A stretch of DNA of 64,000 bases from positions 1,750-65,749 of the forward strand of contig CAZYTL010000003.1 in NCBI GenBank assembly GCA_964650355.1, written 5' to 3'. Both the position numbers and the translations under genes were made by a program. Below, piece by piece: positions 49,382-59,358 of the stretch. Each line of letters opens with the position of its first letter. Positions within the stretch are counted from its first letter, which is position 1. The DNA comes from an uncultured Gammaproteobacteria bacterium (GTDB taxonomy: Bacteria > Patescibacteriota > Microgenomatia > CAYXHB01 > CAZYTL01). Under the pieces are notes generated by a model. The model made no database searches, had not been told where the DNA came from, and was given only the letters and a program-made list of their open reading frames with translations.

Positions 49382-50299
49382 TTACACTAATTTCATCTGC
49401 TCCCCTCCGGCTTGCTCCTCCAATCCTAGTTGCTTCACCAAGCTCTGAAACCCATATTCTTCTAACACCCTGGCCAGCCGTCCCGGCTGCTTCACCACCG
49501 CCGCGCACTCGTCCAAGTCAAACTCCACTTCCACATCCTTACGAATCTTAGCCAAGTCCCGCGACAACTCCCCCGCCTCTTTCCCTTCTTTAAGTTTTTT
49601 CTTAATAGCATCAGAATCAACCTCATCCACTTGGTCATAAACCTTCTCAAAACTTCCAAATCGACTCAACAACCCCACCGCCGTCTTCGGCCCGATGCCT
49701 TTCACCCCCGGATAATTATCACTCGGATCTCCAACCAACCCTTTATAATCCACCACCTGATCCGGCCTCACTCCCAACTTTTCCTTTACCTCCTCAGACC
49801 CAATCAATTGCGCTTCCGTCACCCCCTTCACCGGCAAATACAACTTCACCTTCTCATTCACCAACTGCATCAAATCCTTATCCCCGGTGAGTATCACAAC
49901 CTCTTGATTCCCATCAACCGATCGCGCAGCTATCGTGCCGATCACATCATCCGCTTCAAACCCCGCTTTCTCATAAACCGGCACCTCCATCGCTTCCAAA
50001 ATCTCCTTTGCCCGGTCAAATTGATCCCCCAACTCCTCGTCCATCTCCGGCCGGTGCGCCTGATAACCAATAAACATCTCCTTCCGAAAAGTGGGTTCCT
50101 TCCTATCAAATGCCACCGCCACATGCGTCGGCTGCAAATCCTTCATCGCCCTCAGCAACATCCTCACCAACCCGTACACCGCCCCAGTCGGTCTCCCCTG
50201 CCGATCCGTCAACCCCGGCATCGCATGATAAGCTCGATGCAGCAACGCAGACCCATCCACCAACAACAAGCGCTTCTTCTCTCCGTTCATCTTCCTCAT
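49382..50299 (-). CDS. Stand-alone 5'-3' exonuclease (PolA N-terminal domain)
   Basis: LVDG..LLHRAYHA, FRKE...Y.A.R, EADDVIGT, TGDKD, GDPSDN.PGV.GIGPKTA; no polymerase domain. Confidence 0.92.
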   Translation of the reverse strand: MRKMNGEKKRLLLVDGSALLHRAYHAMPGLTDRQGRPTGAVYGLVRMLLRAMKDLQPTHVAVAFDRKEPTFRKEMFIGYQAHRPEMDEELGDQFDRAKEILEAMEVPVYEKAGFEADDVIGTIAARSVDGNQEVVILTGDKDLMQLVNEKVKLYLPVKGVTEAQLIGSEEVKEKLGVRPDQVVDYKGLVGDPSDNYPGVKGIGPKTAVGLLSRFGSFEKVYDQVDEVDSDAIKKKLKEGKEAGELSRDLAKIRKDVEVEFDLDECAAVVKQPGRLARVLEEYGFQSLVKQLGLEEQAGGEQMKLV

Positions 50300-50340
50300 A
50301 TTAACACAACCGATTAATTTAAATATAAACTTACACCAGA

Positions 50341-51663
50341 TCAGCCATCTCCCATCTCTACTCCCAAAAGGTAACTTTGCTCTATTTGCCCAGGACCACT
50401 CATATCGCCTTTTAGCCTTTTCACTACTTGTCTTGCTCTACTCCTATCCGCTTCCCTCCTTTGCGTTTCCATTTTTCGCACTTCCTTGACATGTCTATCC
50501 AAAAACGTCCATAGTGCTATCATCTCACCCATTTCTCTTTCTTTCGATGAGTCTTCGGCCTCACCACCATTAACTCCATCGCTTCCTTCCCCATCACTTT
50601 CCCTTATATTTAAACCAGCTAAAAGAGACTCTTTATTCACAGGATTACCATCCCACCCTGCCATTATTAATCTGTCTTCAATAGCAACCTGCCAAGACCG
50701 CCAGAAATTAGCATCCAGTCCCATTCGATGAATCACATTGTTTTGAGAACCTCTTAAGTACACCATCATCAACATCGCAGGAAACAAATTAACATTGTAA
50801 TCCCCATCCGGCTGATAACAATTTTCCGCATACAACTTGGGATGAACCTCCACCATACCAAGTCCCAATCTCCTTTGGAATTCCCTCCTATGTGGTAAGC
50901 GTACAGATCCCAACTTCCTACCTCCTGAAGTAAATTCAGCTCCAAACACAGTTTTAACTTCAACTACCCCATAAGGTAAATTCCTCTCCAATATCTCTCC
51001 CATGGAATTCCCGCTCATCGCATCTGATGGCGTATCACCCAACACCACCGCGTCAAATTGAGCCACTGTACCATGGCCATTTACCCACAGCACATTAGGA
51101 ATTAATCTTCCATCATTAAATCGCAAACTGGGATTAAGCAACTCTCTCGCAAGCACCATTGCTCCCTCACCTAAATATCGAATACTAGCCGGTATCATCT
51201 CCCGTGTTCGGTATCCTAGTCTTGATGCCGCTTCAGAGAACAACTTACTCCCTGTTAATCTGTCGACCTCTGAAAAGACCATCAGTAACGAATTATCTTC
51301 ACACCTTACGTCTTCAATCCATCCACCTTCCGGATTTAACACCTCCCTCCACACACTTGCCTGACCCCAATGAGGCATTGTATGCTGTCTCACCCTAGCC
51401 AATCCGTCATAAGTGTCTCTATATGCTAACCGCAACTGTTCTAAATCCACGGAATCTACTTTTAGCTCCCCACCCCAAATCGGCATCACCATTTGCTCCG
51501 CTAACCGACCTAATCTTGTTGTCAATCCTCTCCCCTCCTCTAGATCTTTCTTTCTTCTTTCGTCCCACTCTTCAGGCCTTTTGTCAGGCGTATCTCCTGG
51601 GGGTTCGGCCAAATGTCCTCCCCTCGGCCTTCCGCGATCCAAACTTTCTACCATCAACCCCAT
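50341..51663 (-). CDS. Orphan protein with possible PD-(D/E)xK nuclease motif
   Basis: QFDAV...VVEVKT. Confidence 0.5.
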   Translation of the reverse strand: MGLMVESLDRGRPRGGHLAEPPGDTPDKRPEEWDERRKKDLEEGRGLTTRLGRLAEQMVMPIWGGELKVDSVDLEQLRLAYRDTYDGLARVRQHTMPHWGQASVWREVLNPEGGWIEDVRCEDNSLLMVFSEVDRLTGSKLFSEAASRLGYRTREMIPASIRYLGEGAMVLARELLNPSLRFNDGRLIPNVLWVNGHGTVAQFDAVVLGDTPSDAMSGNSMGEILERNLPYGVVEVKTVFGAEFTSGGRKLGSVRLPHRREFQRRLGLGMVEVHPKLYAENCYQPDGDYNVNLFPAMLMMVYLRGSQNNVIHRMGLDANFWRSWQVAIEDRLIMAGWDGNPVNKESLLAGLNIRESDGEGSDGVNGGEAEDSSKEREMGEMIALWTFLDRHVKEVRKMETQRREADRSRARQVVKRLKGDMSGPGQIEQSYLLGVEMGDG

Positions 51664-51693
51664 AATACTACAAAAGACAAGCCGTCTTACTCA

Positions 51694-52505
51694 CTAATAC
51701 TTCCATTCAACCACCTTTGCCGCACCCAAATATCTGGGAATACTCACCCCGGCAGCAATCTCAGAATTCAACGGAGGTTCTTTTCCACCATCTATCCTCC
51801 CCCTTTCTTGTTCGTTAACAAATACAGACATTCCCTCAAACCTGGGATCATCCACCCCACATTCCCTTCCCATTCGCCACCACTCTTTCTCCCTCGTCGC
51901 ATAAAACGCTTCTAACCTACCCGCCACCTCAAATAGCCTGGGATCCAGCGCTTCAGGCAAAATCACTAATCTAGCTTCCTCTAACCAATACCGACCATCC
52001 CTCTGCTGCAAATGCTCAAACATGCTTTCCTCTATTATTTCAATCCCCCTCGGTCGACCTCTTCCTCTATTCCACCGCCTCTCTTTTAATCCAATCACAT
52101 ATTTATAATGTGCATCCATAGGTCTACCGTCATCGTAACCAAACTCCGTTTGCCGAGCTTCCACCCAGAGTAATCTCGGGTCGTCATAAACCTTCTTTGA
52201 AAAAGGATGCCGATACTTCAAATTTCCATAACCAAATTCTGTCAGATTATATCCAGCCGCATCTTCGACAAATTCATACTCGAATCGAGTCAAACCCGAA
52301 CCCCAATCACAAATCGTCAACCTTAACACATCTCCCACACATCCATCATCATATGGATTAGCGTCACCATCAGCAACTTCATTCCCCTCACATCTGCCAA
52401 ATCCGGAGGCTTAATTATCCTATCCGTCCAACTATCAAACCACCGATTCCAAGTCGCAATCTCAAATGGCTGATAGCTATCTTCCTCTATCACATTCCTA
52501 ACCAC
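51694..52505 (-). CDS. Hypothetical protein, apparently split over two frames (52505-52323 and 52338-51694)
   Basis: Two overlapping ORFs; the downstream frame is open well upstream of its GTG. Confidence 0.45.
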
Positions 52506-52521
52506 ATCATACCATAATCAG

Positions 52522-53967
52522 CTAAATCCCCAACCGCGTGCGCAAACCTCTCCTCCACTCCTCTTCAATATCTTCAGGCACGTGCTGAGGTGCGAAACTT
52601 GCCAGACCTTCTTTTAATCTTCTCTCCCAATCCTCACCACCTCTAGCATGCTTATCTACCACCCCCATATACTTATACGGTTCCTGCGACAGAGTCCATA
52701 CCAAAACGTTCTCAAATCTACCAGCATCTTCACCAGGTAATGGTCCGTCTCTTAAATACTTATCAGGGTCTACGGTTCGCCTGGCATACTCTGCTAATGA
52801 TACGGCCAGAGGACCTATCCAGTTAACTTCAACTTCTGTATATCCTATATCTTTCCGCCCCAACAAAACTGCCGACAACAATCTCGGAGAAATAGCCTTG
52901 TTATTCGGCAACATACATACCCAAGACGCAACCCGATGGTGAGCATTTCTTTCCCCTATCAAACTAGATTGCCTCCTCACCGATCGATCAACAATCCCCA
53001 CTACCTGATCACTATACAGGTTAACGCCAGATACCTCCAACCCTGCTTCAAACACTCTCTTAATTTGTTCCACCGCCGGTAACTCCCTCCGTGGCCAGTA
53101 CAAAGTATTATTAATCGCCGTCAAAGTCACATCTTTAAAATCCAGTAATCCGGTAGTTGAACCATAAACCGGTAAATTTCTTGACCACAAACTCGCTGGT
53201 ATTTCTAAACTTAAGTTGTGCTTGATGACGTCGACCACTTCCTTTAAAAACCGCCTGCAATCTTCCTCGTCGCTATCCCGGATTTGCTCATAATCAACAG
53301 CTCTACACACCGCTGGCCATCCCTCCACCTCATGCGGAACAAACCCCTTCCCAATTTCTCTTCTCACCACTTGCCACCCATGCCCATCTTCGTGAGATAA
53401 AGTAGCTCGCTCACTCCCGTCTCTTCTGATAATATAAATTGGACCAGTAAATAAATGCCCCAAATTTTGTGCTAACCAACCTTTTACCCGCCATACATTA
53501 CCCTCTTCGCCTTCTCCATCACCCCCACCATGAAACATCTGTTTCAACTTCTCAAACTCGTCCCCTGGTGCCATTATCGCCATTGAGAACAACCCCCAAC
53601 CCACTGTTATTTCCTTTCTCTTTACCCTATTTCCGATCCTTAATCCATTAATTTCTTCCACTAATTCATTCCTATACCCCCTTGGATCTTTAGCATACTC
53701 TCCCTGAACAATTGCCCTCCTTTCCATGGCTCGATAAGTATGAATCATTTGCGCCAATAACTCAGTCCGCCATGCCTCGCTCAATTCCATTACCTCAGTG
53801 GATTGTCTTAACCGAGCCCCTAAATCAACCACATCAGGAATCCAAGGCGGTTTTCTCATCGCTCTCAGACACATCTTCCTCCCCTCCAAAATCATATCTC
53901 CTCCCACATGCAAAGCTCTAAACGTCTCCGACATCACGAACGGGTCTTCTTCTTTCATTTTCCCCAT
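52522..53967 (-). CDS. Hypothetical protein with HExxH motif
   Basis: TLSHEDGH with a downstream Glu (LSLEIP). Confidence 0.55.
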   Translation of the reverse strand: MGKMKEEDPFVMSETFRALHVGGDMILEGRKMCLRAMRKPPWIPDVVDLGARLRQSTEVMELSEAWRTELLAQMIHTYRAMERRAIVQGEYAKDPRGYRNELVEEINGLRIGNRVKRKEITVGWGLFSMAIMAPGDEFEKLKQMFHGGGDGEGEEGNVWRVKGWLAQNLGHLFTGPIYIIRRDGSERATLSHEDGHGWQVVRREIGKGFVPHEVEGWPAVCRAVDYEQIRDSDEEDCRRFLKEVVDVIKHNLSLEIPASLWSRNLPVYGSTTGLLDFKDVTLTAINNTLYWPRRELPAVEQIKRVFEAGLEVSGVNLYSDQVVGIVDRSVRRQSSLIGERNAHHRVASWVCMLPNNKAISPRLLSAVLLGRKDIGYTEVEVNWIGPLAVSLAEYARRTVDPDKYLRDGPLPGEDAGRFENVLVWTLSQEPYKYMGVVDKHARGGEDWERRLKEGLASFAPQHVPEDIEEEWRRGLRTRLGI

Positions 53968-54052
53968 TCTATCATCTATTCAAACCTTAAACTCCTCAAA
54001 TTCCCCACCTCTCCATTCCCTAAACTTCCGCCAAGCCTTAAAATAGGGATAA

Positions 54053-54877
54053 ATGAAAACCGCAGAACAACCTTATTTAGCTCATCTACATCCCGATATC
54101 GGATTACCTGCCATCGACGTCATTAGGAAAATCATTGACCGCAATCCAACAATCGAATATCTACATTTCCAAGCAGTCCGACTTCCCCTCGCCGGCCGCG
54201 CAGCTAAAAAAACCGAGGATGATCTAGATCCCCACAGCGAAGACTATGAGCACCCCAGAGACGATTACTTATTATCTAGAACACAAATCTCACGTCCAGA
54301 GTACGGATTAGAGCGCCTAATCATCATCAACTGCCTTTACGATCCCCTCCGAGATCTCCCTAAATTGTTCTCCCATTATCGTATGAGGAAACTGCTTCCT
54401 TATGTATGGGGAGACAACGATGACTCGAGCCCTGTCAATCCAGCTGCTTTTGTCACTATCAACTCCAATGTCATACTAACCAATCAACAAACTCGTCACA
54501 TTCCCATGATGGATTTTCGTTGTCCGGTTAACGAAGAAAACCAAGAACTAGTTGCCGAAACACTCCATTCTCAGGCACAAAGGGGCTGGATCCTTGATTC
54601 AGGTGGGTCCTACCATTATTTGGGATATGATCTGTTTACCCCTGAACAATGGTCTCATTTCTTAGCATCAAATAAAGATCACCCTCTCGTCGATCGCCAT
54701 TTTGTAACCATCTCAGAAAAGTATCACCGAGGTAGCCTTAGATTCACTCCTCGCAAAGAGTGTAAGTTCTGGCGTGCTACCCAAGATCCCGTCCGTGAAG
54801 TATTCGTTGATAGATATAGACCCATCAAACGCATCCTTGCTGCCAGACCCGCACCCCGTGTCGTCGCAGTTATCTAA
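54053..54877 (+). CDS. Archaeo-eukaryotic primase (AEP)-like small protein
   Basis: HIPMMDF, DSGGSYH (AEP motif II SxH-like), VD..F, LR. Confidence 0.55.
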   Translation: MKTAEQPYLAHLHPDIGLPAIDVIRKIIDRNPTIEYLHFQAVRLPLAGRAAKKTEDDLDPHSEDYEHPRDDYLLSRTQISRPEYGLERLIIINCLYDPLRDLPKLFSHYRMRKLLPYVWGDNDDSSPVNPAAFVTINSNVILTNQQTRHIPMMDFRCPVNEENQELVAETLHSQAQRGWILDSGGSYHYLGYDLFTPEQWSHFLASNKDHPLVDRHFVTISEKYHRGSLRFTPRKECKFWRATQDPVREVFVDRYRPIKRILAARPAPRVVAVI

Positions 54878-54882
54878 CCCAC

Positions 54883-55620
54883 CTAAAATCTTATCCTCTC
54901 AGGCGGTCCTAAATTCTCAGGTATTCGTATCTGCGTATGTTGCCCTAACCTATCAATTACCCAACCCCCTTTTGCTTCCCTCCCCCCCAACTTAATCACC
55001 ATATCTTCCTCTACCGTCACTAGCGCTCGTCTCATTTCATCGACCGGGTAAAAAGTATCCGTTGACCAATCATAACCACATGCATAGTAATCAACACGTA
55101 AAGGTCCTAACCAAATATGTCTCTCTCCTCCTGCCCAACTATCTCCTGCCTTCAAATTAAACACAGTATTGCTAATAAGGCATCCAAATTCTCGAGGAAC
55201 TTCTTTTCCCTCCCATCGTTCCAACTGACCCATTACCCGCACTACTCCGTTCTGTAACCATCGCTTAGGTGTTTTATGCCATCGCCTGCCTTCTCGGACT
55301 ACCACGGGAAAAGTAGTATCCTGCAAAAATGGATGTCGAAATTCATCATTCCGATAATCGTAAGTAGTCTTCCCTACTAATACCATCTTCCCCGGCCAAT
55401 TCCTGGTCTTGCGATAATGATATTCGTATCTCGCATCAAGTAAACCTGTATCTCGCCCATAATATTTCAACCATGCAATTACATAACCTAATTCATCTCC
55501 ATTATCACGACCATCTAACCATATAAATCTATCCCTCGACTCCTCAGGTAAATCATCGGTAAACGGTACAGAAGTTGCATCTTCCCAAGCTTTCGGAGTA
55601 AATATCTCTCCCGGGGACAT
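54883..55620 (-). CDS. Hypothetical protein
   Basis: 245-aa ORF sharing Y.N..(F/Y)RHPF with the 51694-52338 ORF. Confidence 0.6.
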   Translation of the reverse strand: MSPGEIFTPKAWEDATSVPFTDDLPEESRDRFIWLDGRDNGDELGYVIAWLKYYGRDTGLLDARYEYHYRKTRNWPGKMVLVGKTTYDYRNDEFRHPFLQDTTFPVVVREGRRWHKTPKRWLQNGVVRVMGQLERWEGKEVPREFGCLISNTVFNLKAGDSWAGGERHIWLGPLRVDYYACGYDWSTDTFYPVDEMRRALVTVEEDMVIKLGGREAKGGWVIDRLGQHTQIRIPENLGPPERIRF

Positions 55621-55741
55621 ATCTGCATTATAACACCATCTCTACCCTTCCGCCTTATATTTCGGCCTTTTTCCCCCACCAGCTTCTCCACCTCCACCAA
55701 CATTTTGACATTCGTCTCCGTTTAAATAAAATAAGGCTAGT

Positions 55742-56635
55742 GTGAAAACATCGCCTTTTGAAATTCAACCACTAACTCGACAACTCATCCAAGACATAGG
55801 AGCCGATCGACCACCTAGCATCTTTTATAGATTAATCAATTATAAAATTAGTTCTCCAAACCTCAGGCCACATCTTCCCCAACTGGGTCACAGACTTCTT
55901 CCTTACACTGCTAACACCGTAGTAGCAGACTTCATAGGTACTCCAGACGCAGGTAAATCTACCACGATTAAAGAACTCGTACCTCTAGTTTCTCCTTTCT
56001 TTGACCAGGTTGTATCTATCCCGGCATTCTCTGCCCTTAGTCCGGATCGTTTATCACCTGTAAGAAAAAGTGATCTTGATCGTCTTGCCCCATTTCACAA
56101 AGAAAGAGCTTTAATCAGAGCTAAACTACTCACATTTGAGAACCTCGTTTTAACAAACGGAATTCTAACTCAACTATTAGATGATCTGCAAAATCATCGC
56201 CATCCACCCAAGCGGCTGTATATCACTGAACGCGGACCAGCTGATGCCCTTCCCAACCTACACTGGGCTTTAGATCTCAACCCGAGATCAATTTCCTCTC
56301 CTCAAGACCGAAAACAAATTGTCACTGAACTTTTCGATTCAGCAATAGCTCTTACTGAAAAGGTTGATGTAATTGTAAATCTAACAACTGATTTAGCCAC
56401 GGCTCAAGCTCATCGAACACGAGCAGGTAAACCACGAGAAAGCGAACTCGTCAATCCTCATCGGTTTCCTGCCCAAGAAACAGCTTATGCTTTATTTATG
56501 ACCCACGGAATGCTCCCTCTCCTTAGAGAAACTAATGGGACAGGAACAGTTGTTCTCGATGGCAGATCTCCTCTAAAAGAAAACGTAGCCATCTTAAGGG
56601 ATTATTTTCAAAGAATTGCTACTCAAATGAGCTAA
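55742..56635 (+). CDS. P-loop nucleoside/nucleotide-kinase-like protein
   Basis: GTPDAGKST, ITERG, VVLDG, as in the dTMP/dNK kinase fold. Confidence 0.65.
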   Translation: MKTSPFEIQPLTRQLIQDIGADRPPSIFYRLINYKISSPNLRPHLPQLGHRLLPYTANTVVADFIGTPDAGKSTTIKELVPLVSPFFDQVVSIPAFSALSPDRLSPVRKSDLDRLAPFHKERALIRAKLLTFENLVLTNGILTQLLDDLQNHRHPPKRLYITERGPADALPNLHWALDLNPRSISSPQDRKQIVTELFDSAIALTEKVDVIVNLTTDLATAQAHRTRAGKPRESELVNPHRFPAQETAYALFMTHGMLPLLRETNGTGTVVLDGRSPLKENVAILRDYFQRIATQMS

Positions 56636-56681
56636 ATCTATCTTAGATACCACCCAATCCCTTTACAGAAACCTCAGCAAC

Positions 56682-58670
56682 TCAACCATTCTCAGCCTCA
56701 TACTTCGGCCTTTCCTCATCCACCAGCTTCTCAAACTCGTCCCCCTCCAAATTCTCCACCTCCACCAACCTCTCCGCCACCTTATCCAAGGTACTCCTTT
56801 TCTCCTTCAGAATCTTCTCCGCCTTCTCATACGCCTCATCCAGAATCTTCTGAATCTCCCTGTCCACCCGCGCCTGCAAATCATCAGATAATTGCGGCTG
56901 GTCATACCAATTCACTTTCCCCAACTCCGTAATATCAATCTGCGGTCCCCAATACCCCGGCCCCAGAGAACTCATCCCGTACTTCACCACCATCGCCCTT
57001 GCCAGCCTGGTGGCTTTATCCAAATCACTGGCCGCCCCTCCTGTCAACTCATTAAACACCAATGACTCCGCCGCCCTGCCTCCCAACATCATCGCCAAAT
57101 TCTCCTTCATCCGCGATTCCGTCTCCTGATATCTGTCAGTTTCCGGCCTGGTCATCGTAAATCCTAAAGCCATCCCTCTAGACACAATACTCACCCTGTG
57201 CACCGGATCCAATTGCGGCATAAAATAATTCACCAGCGCATGCCCGGCTTCATGATAAGCCGTCATCTTCTTCTCCAAATCACTTTGCAACCGCCGCCTT
57301 TCCGGCCCCAACTTCGCCTTCAGCGCCCCCTCTTCCAAATCCTTCATTTCAATCACCTTCCGATTATCGCGGGCCGCCAAAATCGCTGCTTCGTTCAACA
57401 TATTCTCAATATCCGCTCCTGAAAATCCTACCGTCCTCCCCGCCACCTTATCCCAATCCACATCTTTGGTCACCGGCTTACCTCGGGCATGAATCTTCAA
57501 AATTGCCTTCCTTCCTTCTTTATCCGGGTAATCCAGCATCACCCGTCTGTCAAACCTTCCCGGTCGCAACAACGCCGGATCCAACATATCCGACCGATTC
57601 GTCGCCGCAATCACAATCACTGAGTCATTAGGCGTGAACCCATCCATCTCCACCAAAATCTGGTTCAAAGTCTGCTCTCTTTCATCATGTCCCCCGCTGG
57701 CCGCCCCCACCCCCCTTTGCCGACCAATCGCATCAATCTCATCAATGAAAATAATCGACGGCGCATTACTCTTTGCCGTAGCAAACAAATCCCTTACCCT
57801 GCTGGCTCCGATTCCTACCAACATCTCCATAAACTCGGACCCTGCCATCGAAAAGAACGGCACTCCGGCCTCTCCGGCTATCGCCTTCGCCAACAGCGTC
57901 TTTCCCACCCCAGATGGACCATACAACAATACCCCTTTGGGCGTCCGCGCCCCCACCTCTCTGTACTTCTTAGGATGCTTCAGAAAATCCACCAATTCCT
58001 CCACCTCTCTCTTCGCCTCATCCACCCCGGCCACGTCCGTAAACTTCACACTCTGCTTTCCTTTGGAAAACAGCTTCGCCCGACTCCTCCCAAAACTGAA
58101 AATGCTATCCTGCTGCCCCCTTGCCTGCTTGAACAAAAACAACAACAACAACCCCATGCCCACAATCGGCAACAGCGACAACAAAATCTCCGACCACACC
58201 TTTGACATACTCACATCTCTTACCTGAACCTGCACCGCATCCGGATTAATCCCCGCATCCTTAAAAATCTCATACAGCGACACATTAGCTTCCTTTCTGG
58301 CCACCTCTTCCTGCCCGTTATTCATCTGCAAATACAACTTATCTCCCTCTATTTGCACCTCTTTTACCTGCTTATTCTTAATCTCATTCAAAGCCTGAGA
58401 CAGACTAATCTCATTCCCATTCACCTGTGGTTGCACCAATTGCAACAACAAAGGCAACCCGAAAAACAAAATCACCAGCCAAATCAACAACGTCCGCATA
58501 TTAATCTTCACCTTCACCATCTTCATCTTCCGCGGACCCTTAGTTCCGAACGGCAACTTAATCGGCAACTGCTGCTTCTCCTTCCCATTCTTCCCCTGTC
58601 CGTTCTTCTCCTCGACCGGCTTCTCTCCTTCCTTTTCTTGCGGCTGATTATTCTTCTTCTCTTCTTCCAT
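56682..58670 (-). CDS. ftsH: ATP-dependent zinc metalloprotease FtsH
   Basis: Two TM, GPSGVGKT, IIFIDEID, DPALLRPGRFDR, HEAGH. Confidence 0.97.
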   Translation of the reverse strand: MEEEKKNNQPQEKEGEKPVEEKNGQGKNGKEKQQLPIKLPFGTKGPRKMKMVKVKINMRTLLIWLVILFFGLPLLLQLVQPQVNGNEISLSQALNEIKNKQVKEVQIEGDKLYLQMNNGQEEVARKEANVSLYEIFKDAGINPDAVQVQVRDVSMSKVWSEILLSLLPIVGMGLLLLFLFKQARGQQDSIFSFGRSRAKLFSKGKQSVKFTDVAGVDEAKREVEELVDFLKHPKKYREVGARTPKGVLLYGPSGVGKTLLAKAIAGEAGVPFFSMAGSEFMEMLVGIGASRVRDLFATAKSNAPSIIFIDEIDAIGRQRGVGAASGGHDEREQTLNQILVEMDGFTPNDSVIVIAATNRSDMLDPALLRPGRFDRRVMLDYPDKEGRKAILKIHARGKPVTKDVDWDKVAGRTVGFSGADIENMLNEAAILAARDNRKVIEMKDLEEGALKAKLGPERRRLQSDLEKKMTAYHEAGHALVNYFMPQLDPVHRVSIVSRGMALGFTMTRPETDRYQETESRMKENLAMMLGGRAAESLVFNELTGGAASDLDKATRLARAMVVKYGMSSLGPGYWGPQIDITELGKVNWYDQPQLSDDLQARVDREIQKILDEAYEKAEKILKEKRSTLDKVAERLVEVENLEGDEFEKLVDEERPKYEAENG

Positions 58671-58964
58671 ATAATATCAACATTCTACCATCAATTTAAT
58701 GAAAAATTGCTGTATCTACCATGAACACACATATAGCCCCTTCCGTATGGCTACGTCACCTTACCATATACTACTAACACTTTAAACTACGAATTGCAGT
58801 TTATACCGCTGAACTTAAATTGCAACTAAACTTTTTACCATAATCGCAATTTAAAGTTCCATCGATACAAAACCTCTCCACGATGAAATCGGTAAGCAGA
58901 CTAAATCATCACCAGTTGAACCTAGTATATCAAATAATTCCCCTATCCAACATCCCGATTCTTA

Positions 58965-59288
58965 TTAACTACCGTAAAATTCATTTGTGACCTGTTTTTT
59001 GGGGGCTATCCTGTCAAAACAATAAACCCCCGGTGCGATCCTTTCGACCTTAACCCGAAAGTCCCCCACCCTTAACCGAAAAACATCCCACTGAGTGTCT
59101 TTAACCTTATCCAGGTCAACCCTCATGCCTAAACCCAATCGCTGTGCTGCATCCAACACTCTCCGAACAATGTCTACTTGCCCATCACGACCTAATTTTT
59201 GTAAATCATCTATTATCGGAACCAAAGACACCATCTGCACCGGGGGATCAAATAGACCCGGGAACCGTTTTGATTCTGTTATTAACAC
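58965..59288 (-). CDS. RelE/ParE-like protein
   Basis: VFRLRVGDFRV in a 107-aa protein. Confidence 0.55.
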   Translation of the reverse strand: MLITESKRFPGLFDPPVQMVSLVPIIDDLQKLGRDGQVDIVRRVLDAAQRLGLGMRVDLDKVKDTQWDVFRLRVGDFRVKVERIAPGVYCFDRIAPKKQVTNEFYGS

Positions 59289-59358
59289 CCTTAATTTTAA
59301 CTATAACAAATTCAGATTATAAAAGCCTTCCCAATGAATCAACTCTCCAATATCAATA

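Noticed and set aside
49382-50299. Truncated polA pseudogene
   Set aside because: The ORF is an intact, complete 5'-3' exonuclease domain with a clean stop, and stand-alone or split forms are known.
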